The notes under the pieces are model-generated. The model saw only the letters and a list, made by a program, of their open reading frames with translations. It searched no databases and had not been told where the DNA came from. Source: an uncultured Gammaproteobacteria bacterium (lineage in GTDB: Bacteria; Pseudomonadota; Gammaproteobacteria; JACCXJ01). Taken from it: a stretch of 64,000 bases of DNA. Below are positions 10,459 to 21,759 of the stretch, one piece after another. The stretch is taken from NCBI GenBank assembly GCA_963764725.1, contig CAVXTM010000018.1, positions 651,630 through 715,629 of the forward strand, given 5' to 3'. The translations under genes were made by a program, and so were the position numbers. How positions within the stretch are numbered: the first letter of the stretch is position 1; each line of letters begins with the position of its first letter.

Positions 10459-11988
10459 CTACGACTCTTGTTGATCGGCATGTGCGTGGGCTAACGCCCG
10501 CTGGCGGGCACGACCCTTGAGGTATTTCAAGGGATAGACGAAGGTCGAATGGATCCCGGGCGGTGGTTGTCGCGATCCCGAATTCGCGGACTCGGTGCCT
10601 GTGGATCCATGCGTTACCGCACCTGCTTCGGCAGCCGCCTCGCTCGGCAGAATGTACCGATCGCGTTTGGCGTTGTACAGACACATCGACATCGGTCCTT
10701 CCGCGGTGGCCACCATGAAGACGCAAGCCTGTACCCGGTCGGGCTCTAACCGCGAGGCGTCCATGAAATTGTGAATAACGAAGGAGAGTTTGTTAATCCG
10801 TCCCCGCGCCGACCGCAAGTCACGGCGCGCCGACCAGAGCGTCTTGCCCAACCAGCGTGCGCCTTTCCACCACAATGTCGGAGCTTTTGCAAAGGCGGCG
10901 AGGGCGGCGCGAACTGCGGCCTTGCGCTTGGTACGCTCGAACGTTACGTTGGCGGTGGCTTGGAGAAGCGGCACGATGAAGCCCGGATCATCGTAAAAGT
11001 CATAGAGGTTACCGTTAATCGCAAAGGCCATCGCGTAACGGTTACAATGCGGGTGGCCCGCGGCCAAGGTATCGAAGCTCAGCGGAATACCGGCCCCCTC
11101 TTGAATCTTCTCGATGACCGATTGCTGATGGATGATGGGTGCGCGTTCGCGAAGGATGCCGCGCCCGGTGTCGGCCTGTAACTGAAAGGAGATGAGGGAG
11201 ACAACATCGGTGTGTGCACGGAAGAACCGCACGAGTTGGGGGATCTCCACAAAGTTGCGGGCGTAGATGGTCGTATTGAAGAAAACCGCCAATGGAAGGC
11301 CTCGGGCCCGGCTGATGTACTTCTCGCGCACGGAATTGAGATCTGCTTCTGACTCGATAGCCCTTGCGCCCTTGGGTGGTATCGACATGAAAGGCGACGT
11401 CGCTGAGCCCAACGGCGCAGAGATCTTCCAATAAATCGCGGGTCGCGAGTATTCCATTGGTAAAGAGCGACGCGCGCATGCCCAATTCGGTGATGCGCCG
11501 GACGATACTCACCAACTCCGCGCGCTTGCGCAGCGTGGGATCGCCGCCCGACACCTGCACGTCGGTGTCTTTGCCGTAATGGCGATGGATAAGATCAATC
11601 CGGCGAAAGATCTCCTCTAGCGGGATATCCTGAACGGCTTCGGAGTGCTCGGAGAGATAGCAAAGGGTGCAATCCAGATTGCAGCGCTGTGTGATCTCGA
11701 GGGAAACACAGCCGATGGGCCAGCGGCGCCCGGCAATCTGGTTGGGACCCCACTGGCCGACTTCGACGAGGCGCTGCCTGAGCCGCTCGTGGTGCCCATC
11801 GCTGTCTGGGGGCTGCGTGTCAGGCCCCCAGGCCTCGATCTCCTCGGGGCTAAGATAGTTGATCTCCAGTCCGTCGGCCTGATGCAGCGTCACGTGCGCT
11901 CCCTGTCGGTACCGTCGTCCCACGCCGTTCCAACCCGTGGCTGGCACCGGACGCCGTGGGTTGGGTAGACAAAAATACGCATCGCCAT
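10459..11988 (-). CDS. Radical SAM protein, Tes/GDGT-MAS-like; frameshifted near 11357, start uncertain
   Basis: LEITQRCNLDCTLC, VSGGDPTLR, TNGI in ORF 11042-11947; HPHC and HNFMDA...RVQACVF...SMCLYN in ORF 10459-11457. Confidence 0.8.
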
Positions 11989-11998
11989 AGATCTCCCG

Positions 11999-12828
11999 CT
12001 AAAGCTCGCGGTCGTTGAGTCTCCAGTCATAGTCCAAATAATCGAGCGGAGCCTGTTCTGTTCCGATCAACTCCTGATCCGCTGGCCGATCGGCAAGTAG
12101 CTCTGCATGTGCGGCGAGGAATGCCGGTACTGACCGGATGCCGCGGTAACCGCGGCTGAAGTCCTCGGCATACCACTCGAAGATACTCGAGACTTCGAGC
12201 GACTGGCTCGCGGCCGAATAACGATTGCGACTGCGATCCGACAGGAAGCGTATGACTTGATCGTCGAGCTGTGAGTCCAAGCGCGCGCCCACGTAGGCCT
12301 CTTCACGCAGCATCGGGCAACCGATCGACGCGCAGTTTACGGCCATATGGATGCGCGGGTCGTCGAAGGCGCCGGGTTTACGGATGATCTCATGCTCGAT
12401 GTCGTCTAGGCTTTGTTCCTGACCTAGCAGCATAAAAAACCGCTGTTTCCAGGGACTTCGTAACAGGCTGGCCAGGTCCTTGATCGATTCGAGTTTCGGG
12501 TAGCGGGTAAGAATGAGTTTTAGCGTAAATGCATTGTAGGCATTGCATTGATGAGGAAGGCCAATCGATCGCGCTTGTCCCAAGCCGCGAATTCCCGCGC
12601 GGTGACTCGGGAAAGCACGGCGAGATAGTTCTGCAACCGCCCACTGTCGGCCTGCAGAGCTGCGTAGGCGACGCGCGAAGCCCGCCCTTGGTCCATCAAC
12701 ACGACGTGCTTGCCGAGCAGTTCGGTCCAGGCGCGGTGACTGAGATCGAACTCGTCCGCCTTGATCATTTGTACAGGAAACAGCAGCACCGCTAACAGCG
12801 GAAACAAAATCTTCATAATCATCGTCAT
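11999..12828 (-). pseudogene. DUF547 domain secreted protein, frameshifted
   Basis: LAFLINA|YNAFT split by a GCATT duplication at 12540-12549; DPRIHMAVNCASIGCP, YDWRLN. Confidence 0.8.
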
Positions 12829-13069
12829 TATAGGCCTATCCGGTTAAACCGGGACAACCTGGACACCGTCCTCGGCCATCGATACGGCGTTCACCGTCAA
12901 GGGTTGCGTTAAGCAGCATGAGCATGAATGAGAGTACTGTAGGCGCCCACATCTTCGCTGATGCGCTGGTCCGGATTCACGGTTTTGCCGTTTGCGCCCA
13001 TGCTGTTGTTAAGACGATAGTAAACCGGATGCTCTAGGTAGCGGTTGACCCATGGCACTTGCAGCCAAA

Positions 13070-13933
13070 CTAGGGTCTGACGATCGTCTTGTCGGCGCCG
13101 GGGCTGCGGTTGAGGTTGTGCCGATGTTCGATGTGCCGTACCGCGAGCCCCGCCGCGAACGCCGCGAGGAACCCGTAGGTCGCGATCGATAACGCGAGCC
13201 CGTAGGTCAGCGCAATCAGGCCGAGCGTCAGAAAACTCTCCATGCCGAAGGCCTGCTCTCGTTCGTGTCGCAGGTACACGATCGCTCGGCTCAACGCGAG
13301 GCCAAGGGCCCACCCGAGCGCCAGGCCGCCGAGCGTGGCCCATGCGACATCGACGCTCCACCAGCGCGAGCCGAGCGGCCCGAGTTCATGCAGGCCGAGC
13401 ACGCCGAGCGCGAGCATCAGGAACGGGAACGCGGCACCGTCGTTCAGGCCGCCTTCGCCGGTCAGGCTGAAACGAAGCTGGTCGCGGTCCTTGATGTTGT
13501 CAACCTGCACGTCGGAGGCGAGTACCGGGTCGGTGGGCGCGAGGATCGATGCGAGCAGCAGCGCCGTGCCGAGCGTCAGGCCGAGCGCGATGCCGACGAC
13601 AACCATCGCGGCGATCGTCAGCACCATCGCGAGCGTCGCCATCAGCACCGGTGCAAGCCACATGCGGTCGGACAATGCAACGCGCAGCCGCAGCCCGACG
13701 GCGAAAAGCGATATCAGCAGCGCTATCTCGGTCATCATCTCGACGATGCCGGCATCGTTCGGCAAGCCGATCTGGATGAAGTCGAAGCCCTGTGGTCCGA
13801 GCAGGTACCCGGCGACGAGATACAGTGCCGAGGTGCTGACCGGCAGCTTCTGTCGCCAGGTGTCCGACAGGCCGATCAGGATCAGCAGCACGCCGATGAT
13901 TAGGCACCAGGTCGAAAACATAGAAATAGTCAA
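13070..13933 (-). pseudogene. Cation:proton antiporter (NhaP-like), 3'-truncated
   Basis: LAPTDPVLASDV and EGGLNDG motifs; only 287 aa. Confidence 0.75.
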
Positions 13934-14004
13934 ATGTTGTGTACGAGGCCAAGTCAGGCGGCGATTCTATCGGTATCTTCCCACATGCCGTCCTTGAAAT
14001 TCAC

Positions 14005-14245
14005 TCCCCACTGCCCACTGCATCCCGAGACGGAACATATGTTCGACGACAAGCTCATCGGCAAGATGAACGTAGCGCGTATATCGTCAATACGGCGCGT
14101 GGCAAGATCTGTGACCGTGACGCGGTTGTGCGGGCGCTTGAGAGCGGGCAGCTCGCCGGGTACGCCGGGGATGTGTGGTTCCCGCAGCCGCCACCGAAGG
14201 ATGACTCGTGGCGGACAATGCCGCACCATGGCATGACGCCAAGCA
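14005..14245 (+). pseudogene. NAD-dependent formate dehydrogenase internal fragment
   Basis: HCPLHPETEHMF and YIVNTARGKICDRDAV...GYAGDVWFPQP...HGMTP in two frames. Confidence 0.75.
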
Positions 14246-14298
14246 TCGTTCTAAAAGTGCCGTGCCCATAAACTATAGACAAACCAGGGTGCTGTACT

Positions 14299-15294
14299 AT
14301 GATGAGATGTCGTTTTGAAGACCCCCATGAGGCACCGTCCCGGGCGATGGAGCCAGCCAACATCGCGGCGGTCCATGAATATGCCAGTCGGCTGCGGACT
14401 CAGCCGGGGGTGAAGCGGGTAGTGACCCGTTACCAGCAGTCCTACAGCCAGATCGCCCTCAACCCCGGCACCCTTAAGCCCAAGGAGCGCTACGCCAGCG
14501 GCCCCTACATCATGCTTAATGTTTATTACGACGGCGATTCGCAGTCAAAACAGACGCAGGATCTGGTTAAGCGGATTCGCCAGGTGCCGGCCCCGGAGCG
14601 GTTCGAAGCGGAGGTTGGCGGCGAGACGGCCGCCCTGGTCGATCTGCTGGCGGCCCTGCGCGAATACATCCCCTATGCCCTGGCGATTATCGTGGGGACG
14701 CTGTTTATTCTCCTGATGATAATGCTCCGCAGGCTGCTCATTCCGCTCAAGGCGATCGTCATGAATATTCTGGCTTTGTCGGCTGCCTTTGGCGCCCAGG
14801 TTTGGATTTTCCAAGACGGACGTTTTACCGACCTGATTGGCTTTGCCCCGGTCGGCTCAATCGATGCGACCCAGCCGATTTTGATCTTCGCGATCGCGTT
14901 CGGCCTATCGATGGACTACGCCGCATTTCTGCTCAGCCGCATCAAGGAGGAATATGACCGCACCGGCGACAACACCCAGGCGGTGGCGGCCGGTGTCCAA
15001 AAAACGGGCGGCATCATTACTTCGGCCGCTCTCCTGCTTTTGGTTGTAATCGGATCCTTTGCCACGAGTTCAATTCCGATCATCCGGCAAATCGGGATTG
15101 GCTTGGGACTTGCCATCGCGATTGATGCCGCGATTGTCCGACTCTTCCTGCTACCGGCGACGATGCGACTGCTGGGTAGGGCGAACTGGTGGCCGGGTGG
15201 CCGTAAACGGCCGCCGGGTTCGGACGATGCCAGGCCATCGACGCCAAAGGATCCGGATCTGGTTTGTCGAGCCGCTGATCGCACAAACGCGTGA
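14299..15294 (+). pseudogene. MMPL family transporter, C-terminal half only
   Basis: VGGETA, FGLSMDY..FLLSRIKEEY, IDA.IVR..LLPA.MRLLG.ANWW. Confidence 0.75.
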
Positions 15295-15642
15295 TAGTTC
15301 ACTTCATCCGCACGAACAAGATTCCCTTCGTCCAGGGCCGCATGCGTCATCCCGGTCTATGTCTTCAAAGAGTCCTCGGAATTCCTCCACCGCGCCGCAT
15401 GGCTTGCGTCGTTGTCAGCCACACGGGTGGATCATTTTCGTACTGCACCGCGCGCAGAGTCCTGGGTAAGCTTCTCCTCCCCGCCTGCAATTCTTACAAT
15501 AAACCCGCACCTTTTACCGGTTCAGTGCACGGCTTCTCTCGTACTTCGCTGAGCATTCGCAGTAAAACAATGAGTTACAAAAGCGGTATACGCCATGCTA
15601 CTCAAGCGTCCGCGGCTAAATCAACTTTTGGAGGAAAGGCAT

Positions 15643-16452
15643 ATGGTAACCACATACGATGAAAGTGCGACCACGAGAAGCGCACCCTACACTAGCCCGG
15701 CAGCGGATGTTATAGCGACGAAGCGGATTTCGTGGGCCGCTGTTGTCGCCGCCGTCATTATTGCGCTAGCGGTTCAACTAGTCCTGAACATGATAGGCGC
15801 AGGAATCGGCTTTAGCGCGATCGACCCGCTGCAAGGCGAAACCCCTAGCGCTACGACCTTTAGCGTAGCGGGCGGGATTTGGATGGTCGTGTCGAGCATG
15901 CTTGCACTGTTTGCGGGTGGATGGCTTGCCAGCTATCTCGCGGGCGTGACGCGCGATGAAGACGGCACGCTGCACGGTTTGGCCGTCTGGGGTCTTTCCA
16001 CTCTCTTTGTAGTGCTGTTCTTAATGACGGTGTTCGGCTCTTTGTTGGGAAGCACATTGAACGGTCTCGGTTACGGAGCAGCGGCAGTGGCGCCGCAGGT
16101 GGCCCAACCAGGAACGCCGACGAGTGCTCCGATTAGCGCGGAAGATCTCCGAGTGTTGATCAATCAGCTCATTAGTGAGGGCAATACCACGGAAGCATTA
16201 ATCGATACGGTAGTGGTACGTACGAGGATGAGTCGGGCAGAGGCCATCCAAGCGGTGGAGCAAGCGCAACGGACAGCGCGCGTCGCGGTAGATAAGACGG
16301 CTGAAGCTTTAGCCCACGTAATGCTCTGGGGGGCTTTATCCCTTATCCTCGGCGCAATGGCAGCTGGGTTAGGGGGTGACATAGGCGCACGTGACGCACG
16401 GCGAATCCCTGTACAGAGAATCGAGCCACGCGATCACACGCCGGCGGTTTAA
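15643..16452 (+). CDS. Multi-TM hypothetical membrane protein (RISWAAV type)
   Basis: GGAGG RBS; RISWAAVVA, G.LHGL.VWG. Confidence 0.75.
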   Translation: MVTTYDESATTRSAPYTSPAADVIATKRISWAAVVAAVIIALAVQLVLNMIGAGIGFSAIDPLQGETPSATTFSVAGGIWMVVSSMLALFAGGWLASYLAGVTRDEDGTLHGLAVWGLSTLFVVLFLMTVFGSLLGSTLNGLGYGAAAVAPQVAQPGTPTSAPISAEDLRVLINQLISEGNTTEALIDTVVVRTRMSRAEAIQAVEQAQRTARVAVDKTAEALAHVMLWGALSLILGAMAAGLGGDIGARDARRIPVQRIEPRDHTPAV

Positions 16453-16625
16453 AACCAACAGCCTCCCTTTTTCGGTTTCGGTCTTTACCGGGCGACCGGC
16501 CTCCCACGGTCAGGTATGAACGCTAAAGCGTAATCTGAAGTTAACGATGGCCGCGCTATGGAGAGAAGGGCGAGCAGACGATTGCTGCGCACGCTTTTAT
16601 GAACCCAACAAGAGGAGTGTAATTC

Positions 16626-17078
16626 ATGACCAACGACGAGATAATCTCCACCCTTGATGACTTGATTGAAACCTCCAAGGATGGGGAATACGGTTTTAAC
16701 ACCTGTGCGGAAAATGTTAAAGACATGCAACTCAAAAAGGTTTTTACAGCGGCGGCGCAGCGATGTGCCGAAGGCGCCAATGAACTGCAAGAACAAGTAC
16801 GCCGCTTAGGTGGAGATCCGGACAAACATAGCAGTGTCGCCGGGACCCTTCATCGCGCCTGGGTGGATATCAAAGCGGCAATCACGGGCAAAGACGAGCA
16901 GGCCGTGCTCGAGGAATGCGAGCGCGGAGAAGATGTGGCGAAGAACACCTATGAGAAAGCCTTAGTAAAAGGCTTACCGGACGATATCCGATCTATCGTT
17001 CAGCGCCAGTATCAGGGCGTAGTAGAGAATCATGACCGCGTGCGGGATTTGCGCAACCGGTACCGGCAGGCGAACTGA
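16626..17078 (+). CDS. PA2169/DUF2383 four-helix-bundle protein
   Basis: LIETSKDGEYGF, LHRAW, ECERGED. Confidence 0.9.
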   Translation: MTNDEIISTLDDLIETSKDGEYGFNTCAENVKDMQLKKVFTAAAQRCAEGANELQEQVRRLGGDPDKHSSVAGTLHRAWVDIKAAITGKDEQAVLEECERGEDVAKNTYEKALVKGLPDDIRSIVQRQYQGVVENHDRVRDLRNRYRQAN

Positions 17079-17221
17079 GCGGTTCAAACGACCATAGGTC
17101 GTGACGGACACTGGGGCTATAGCGTGCTTTTGACTAGGCGCCACGTCGGTGTTGAGGTCGCCAATGATCTGAGGATCTCGGAGCCGACATTGTGCCTCAC
17201 TGCAAGTACCCCAGTGGTTTC

Positions 17222-19234
17222 ATGCTTCTCAGGATCGCAATCGCCGTAGCCATCCTCTTCGCTGGCGCCGTAGTGGCGCTGGTGGTGGTCGTCGCAGTCT
17301 TCGACTTCAACCGGCTCAAACCGCTCATCACGGCGCGAGTGGCGAACTTTTCGGGACGCCAGCTCGAGATCGGCGGCGATCTCAACGTTCGCAAGTCGCT
17401 GAGCCCAAGTGTGGAGATCTCTGACATCCGGTTCGAGAACGCGAAGTGGGCGAAGGATCCGAAGTTCGTGGCGATCGAGAAGCTTAGCGTCCGCATCAAG
17501 CTGCTCGAATTGCTTCGCGGCCGCGTGGTGATGCCCTATCTGAAGATAGAGGGACTGCGCGTGAACCTCGAGAAAGACGCGGAGGGCCGGGCCAATTGGC
17601 AGTTCACCGGCGCATCCCCGGCAGAGGCCGCGGCCGAGACGATCCTGCCCGAGGGTCGTACAGATTTCCCCGCCATCGGCAGCCTCAGCGTGCGGGATGC
17701 GCGCGTCGTGTATCGTGTCGCCGGCAAGACGTTGCGGGACGCGCAGATCGACGAGGCAACCGGTCACAGCGACAACAGGGGGGTCGCGCTCCGAGCGCAG
17801 GGGAAATATCAGGAGCGGCCGTCGCAGCTGCGGGTCTATGGAGACTCCGTCGGGCGACTGTGGGCTGCGGACCGTCCTTATGCGATCGAGATCAAGCTCG
17901 AGACCGGCGCACCCCCTGACACACCCAAGGAGAGGTTCGCGGCGCACGCGAAGGGTACGCTCACCAACGCTTTCGACCAGGGCCGCTTCGGCTTGAAGCT
18001 CACAGTCGAAGGCTCCGACATGGCTCAGCTCTATCCACTCGCAGGCGTCGTGCTTCCCAAGACGCCGCCGTACTCGTTGACGGGCATGCTCGGTAACAAA
18101 GGCAACGACTGGAGATTCGACGACTTTCAGGGTCGTATGGGCGACAGCGATCTAGCGGGAGACCTCGCCATTCGCTCCGCCGCCGATCCACCGCGCATGG
18201 ACGCACGCTTCGTTTCCGACAAGCTCGACTTCGACGATCTCGCGGGCTTGGTTGGCGCACCGCCCTCAACTGGAGAAGGGGAGACCGCATCAGCCGAGCA
18301 GAAGGCGGAGGCGAAGCAGCAGGAAGCCGAGGAGCGAATCATTCCCGCGACGGCGATCGAGCTCGAGCGCCTGCACGCCATGGACATACACGCGAAACTG
18401 GACGCGAAGCGCGTGAGCACGAAGCGGATCCCCATCGACAACATATCGCTCGCGATCGTGGTCGAAGACGGGGTGCTGCAGGCCAAGCCGGCTCGCTTCA
18501 AGCTCGGCGAAGGAACGATCGACCTTGCAGTGACCCTGCACGCCGATAGGAAGCCGGTGCGGGCCGAGATCGAGGGAGACCTTCGCAACGTCCCGCTACG
18601 GGCGCTGTTCAAGAGCACGGCGTTCCAAGACGAGAGCAGCGGTATGATCGACGGGCGAATGCATCTCCGCTCCGAGGGTGGCTCGGTGCGCGAGATGGCG
18701 GCTCACGTCGACGGGGAGGCCTTCGTCGCGATGTCGCGCGGCAAGATCAGCCACTTGCTGATGGAGCTCATCGGGCTCGACGTATTCGAATCGATCGGCG
18801 TCGCGATCAGCGGCGACGAGCCGATCGAGATCCGTTGCGCGCTCGCCAAACTCGCGGCAGAAAACGGACGCGTGAAGGTCGATCCGCTGGTCATGGACAC
18901 GACCGATACCAAGATCACCGGTAAGGGTGAGGTGGACCTCGCCTCGGAAAAGATCAACGTGCTGGTCACGCCCCATTCCAAGGACTTTAGCCCGTTCACG
19001 TTGAGTTCCCCGATTCGGATCGGCGGCAAGCTCGCCGATCGGGACGTGTTCCCGGACGCCGCGAAATTGGGCCCCGGCGACAGGCTCAAGCAAATCGTGA
19101 GCACGACGTTGTCGGCGATCATCGGCCTGTTGCCGCCGATGGATATGGTGCTCGCCAATGACAGCCCGTGCCGGGATCTGTTGACTGAAGTGCGCGAGTC
19201 GAACACCGAAGTGTCGGAGACACCGGCCCGTTGA
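17222..19234 (+). CDS. AsmA family protein
   Basis: N-terminal TM, G.ANW, PKTPPY, GDSDLAG, LDFDDLAGLVG. Confidence 0.85.
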   Translation: MLLRIAIAVAILFAGAVVALVVVVAVFDFNRLKPLITARVANFSGRQLEIGGDLNVRKSLSPSVEISDIRFENAKWAKDPKFVAIEKLSVRIKLLELLRGRVVMPYLKIEGLRVNLEKDAEGRANWQFTGASPAEAAAETILPEGRTDFPAIGSLSVRDARVVYRVAGKTLRDAQIDEATGHSDNRGVALRAQGKYQERPSQLRVYGDSVGRLWAADRPYAIEIKLETGAPPDTPKERFAAHAKGTLTNAFDQGRFGLKLTVEGSDMAQLYPLAGVVLPKTPPYSLTGMLGNKGNDWRFDDFQGRMGDSDLAGDLAIRSAADPPRMDARFVSDKLDFDDLAGLVGAPPSTGEGETASAEQKAEAKQQEAEERIIPATAIELERLHAMDIHAKLDAKRVSTKRIPIDNISLAIVVEDGVLQAKPARFKLGEGTIDLAVTLHADRKPVRAEIEGDLRNVPLRALFKSTAFQDESSGMIDGRMHLRSEGGSVREMAAHVDGEAFVAMSRGKISHLLMELIGLDVFESIGVAISGDEPIEIRCALAKLAAENGRVKVDPLVMDTTDTKITGKGEVDLASEKINVLVTPHSKDFSPFTLSSPIRIGGKLADRDVFPDAAKLGPGDRLKQIVSTTLSAIIGLLPPMDMVLANDSPCRDLLTEVRESNTEVSETPAR

Positions 19235-19254
19235 AACGCGAAATTTGGATTCAA

Positions 19255-19318
19255 ATGGTGCATCTCATTCGCTTCCATGGTGTGCTCGCGCCTAACGCCA
19301 AGCTACATCCCGCCATTC
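19255..19318 (+). pseudogene. IS91-family transposase fragment
   Basis: VHLIRFHGVLAPNAKL motif. Confidence 0.6.
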
Positions 19319-19321
19319 TAT

Positions 19322-19532
19322 TTCATGAGCGCCGCAAGCGCCGTGGTGAGCACGAGCGAGGTGAGCAGCAGGAAACCGATGACGAGTACCATACCGAACG
19401 ACAAGAGTGCTTGGCTACCCGATCGGGCGTCCAGGACCACCCCAAACCGTGCTCGATGAGCTCGCGAGACATGGTTGCTATGCGCTTGGCATCCGATAGC
19501 CTGGCGAGCCCGAGTTCAACGTGTTCAGTCAT
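19322..19532 (-). pseudogene. Fused remnants: GNAT-like N-terminus and YihY/BrkB internal fragment
   Basis: MTEHVELGLARLSDAKRIATMSRELIEHGLGWSW followed in another frame by LLSFGMVLVIGFLLLTSLVLTTALAAL. Confidence 0.5.
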
Positions 19533-19777
19533 TCAATGCGTACCAGCGTAAGCGAACCAATGTTCGAAGGAGGAGCGAACAAGGTTCTATGCCCGGTCAC
19601 GCGGCTTTACCCACCGCTTCCCGGCGTTTAGTCTCCCAGGCACTCGCCAAAATCTTCCACATCCATCGCTTGCGGCGAAGAGACCAGCTAACGTTTCCTG
19701 CAGGGTGTCCAGCTTAAACCTCCCAACCTGCAAGGGCCGTTTTACGGGGCTCGCTGTCCGCGCTTTGCACCGACAAG

Positions 19778-20500
19778 CTATATTCCCCATCCCGCCACCG
19801 GGAGAATCTGTCCTGTGATGCCTGCTGCCGCGTCGGATCCGAGAAAGAGCACCGCTTGCGCAATGTCTTCTCGTCGCGTCCATTTAGCAAGGTCCTTGGG
19901 CTTCATCGCAGTGATGTTGGACGCCGTGTCCACTAAGCCGGGCGCCACGGCGTTCACCCGAATCTTGGCATCCCGTCCCTCCAGGGCAAACGTTTGGGTC
20001 AGCGCTTCGATTGCGGCTTTGGCACAATTGTAGGCCACCATGTTGGCTTGAGGGCGCGCGGCGCGCGAGAAGTTAACAATGCACCCGCCGCCACTTTCCC
20101 GCATGTGGGAAAACACCGCGCGAGAGCAAAGAAATGCGGTGAGAAGATTGTTGTTGATTTCGGCGTTCCAGTCATTGAGGGTGTGATCGATCGTAGACTT
20201 GTACCGGGTCAAACCGCCCGCGAGGTTGACCAATATGTGAATCCTGCCATAGTGAGCGATCATACGCTCTACAGCCTGGCCGACCTGGGTTTCATCGGTG
20301 AGATCTCCCTGAAAAGCCAGCACCTTCGCGCCTTCTGCCTCAAGCTCTTTGGCACGCGCTTCAACGTTTTTCTGTGACCGTGCAGCGATCCCTAAGCCGG
20401 CGCCGTTTTGTGCGAAGACCCGTGCGACACTTTGTCCGATCTGCCCGTCGTTGCTTACGCCAGTCACGAGAGCGATTTTCCCATCCAATAGCCCACTCAT
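19778..20500 (-). CDS. SDR family oxidoreductase
   Basis: IALVTG....GQIG, VNLAG, YNCAK, RVNAVAPG; start reassigned to MSGLL. Confidence 0.9.
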   Translation of the reverse strand: MSGLLDGKIALVTGVSNDGQIGQSVARVFAQNGAGLGIAARSQKNVEARAKELEAEGAKVLAFQGDLTDETQVGQAVERMIAHYGRIHILVNLAGGLTRYKSTIDHTLNDWNAEINNNLLTAFLCSRAVFSHMRESGGGCIVNFSRAARPQANMVAYNCAKAAIEALTQTFALEGRDAKIRVNAVAPGLVDTASNITAMKPKDLAKWTRREDIAQAVLFLGSDAAAGITGQILPVAGWGI

Positions 20501-20905
20501 GGCGGTATCCCTCAAAGGCACTTCATCACGATTATACCCCTCTTCTCCTCCGCGGAGCTGTACCGAGAAACCCACCCCGCGACTCATCAGTGGTGCAACG
20601 CATTTTCTTCGCGCCAGCGGATCACGTGGCCCCCACGAGTGGCTTCCTCCCCCTTGGTCATTATTGAGTTTTGCCAACCCCAATATTCCGGCAAACTTCC
20701 ATTGACCGAATGGTCGGCGAGCGGGTTCCCTGCCATCCTGTCAGGGCCTTCCGCTTGCCAGGGATATCTATCGCATCGCCTGCGCTCTTGGCAATAGATC
20801 AGGGACACGCGCTACGCTATAATAATTTTGCTCCCTTTGGTGATGAGAGCTACGGGAAGCAGGGTCGCACGTGACGAATAATAGAAGGGAATATAGGAGG
20901 AAGTT

Positions 20906-21160
20906 ATGGACGAGATTGGTATGCTTATTCCAGTACTAGTAGCGTGCATCGGTCTTTACGCGCTTTACTGGGCGAGGAAAGAAGAAGTTGTTCAGCCCGA
21001 AGGGGGTGCTCAATATCTCCGGGCCGATCAGGGCGGTGTTGTCGCCGGCGATGAGGCTGCGGCTACGGCTGATGAGGCCACTGAAATTGAGCCTACCGCC
21101 GGCACCGAAGGTGGCCCAATTCCATTAGAATCAGAGAGAGCACCTGAAGAAGTTTCGTGA
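20906..21160 (+). CDS. Small acidic membrane-anchored hypothetical protein
   Basis: AGGAGG RBS, N-terminal TM, followed by a terminator. Confidence 0.6.
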   Translation: MDEIGMLIPVLVACIGLYALYWARKEEVVQPEGGAQYLRADQGGVVAGDEAAATADEATEIEPTAGTEGGPIPLESERAPEEVS

Positions 21161-21188
21161 TTCGTTAAGATTGCTCATTTATGATTCC

Positions 21189-21215
21189 AAGAGCCCGGCC
21201 TTGTGCCGGGCTCTT
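21189..21215. terminator. Rho-independent terminator-like hairpin
   Basis: AAGAGCCCGGC-CTTGT-GCCGGGCTCTT, perfect 11-bp stem. Confidence 0.7.
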
Positions 21216-21331
21216 ATTATCTGGGTTGACGGACAATTCGCGCTGGCGGTTGGTCAAAGCCAAATTGGAGGGGGATTGTGGCTGCGCGTCATCGAGGAAC
21301 CCCGAGAAACTTCGCAATGATTTCGCGGTAT

Positions 21332-21470
21332 TCCTCCCTCGGCTGTCGCTCGCCCGTCTCCCATTGAGACAGTGAGCCGGGGTCAACTCCGAGTATCTCG
21401 GCAAGCTCTCTGTACGTAAGGCCCGATGCATTCGGTGAAGCCGTAACCGATCCCCGAGCGACCGGGCACC
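21332..21470 (+). ncRNA. Candidate structured ncRNA (6S-like closing stem)
   Basis: 5' CCCTCGGCTGTCGCTCG can pair with 3' CGAGCGACCGGG; intergenic with no credible ORF. Confidence 0.3.
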
Positions 21471-21602
21471 GCCAGTACTACTCGGTGAGCGCTCGAAGCG
21501 AACACTCGACCGATATCCTATTCACCCGTCGCCAGGACCTTTGCCCAATTATACCCACAACATGTTTCCGCGCAGCTGGGAAGGATCTTGAGAAGAGCAT
21601 TT

Positions 21603-21671
21603 CCAGGAAACGCCTTGTCCGGGACGCTGTATCTGAGACGCTTCATCCGGGACGCCATACTGAGACGCCCT
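21603..21671. repeat. Imperfect tandem repeat of ~14-bp units with a GACGC core
   Basis: CCGGGACGCTGTAT / CTGAGACGCTTCAT / CCGGGACGCCATA / CTGAGACGCCCTG plus a degenerate first unit. Confidence 0.55.
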
Positions 21672-21759
21672 GACGGATGTCAGCACGCTGCATCGAGAAA
21701 CTGCAGACGCCGCCGGGAGTCCATGCGGTCATGGAATCGACTCGATTCAATCCGCGCGG

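Noticed and set aside
11340-11370. Programmed frameshift in the radical SAM gene
   Set aside because: No slippery sequence is visible, and indels are common across the window
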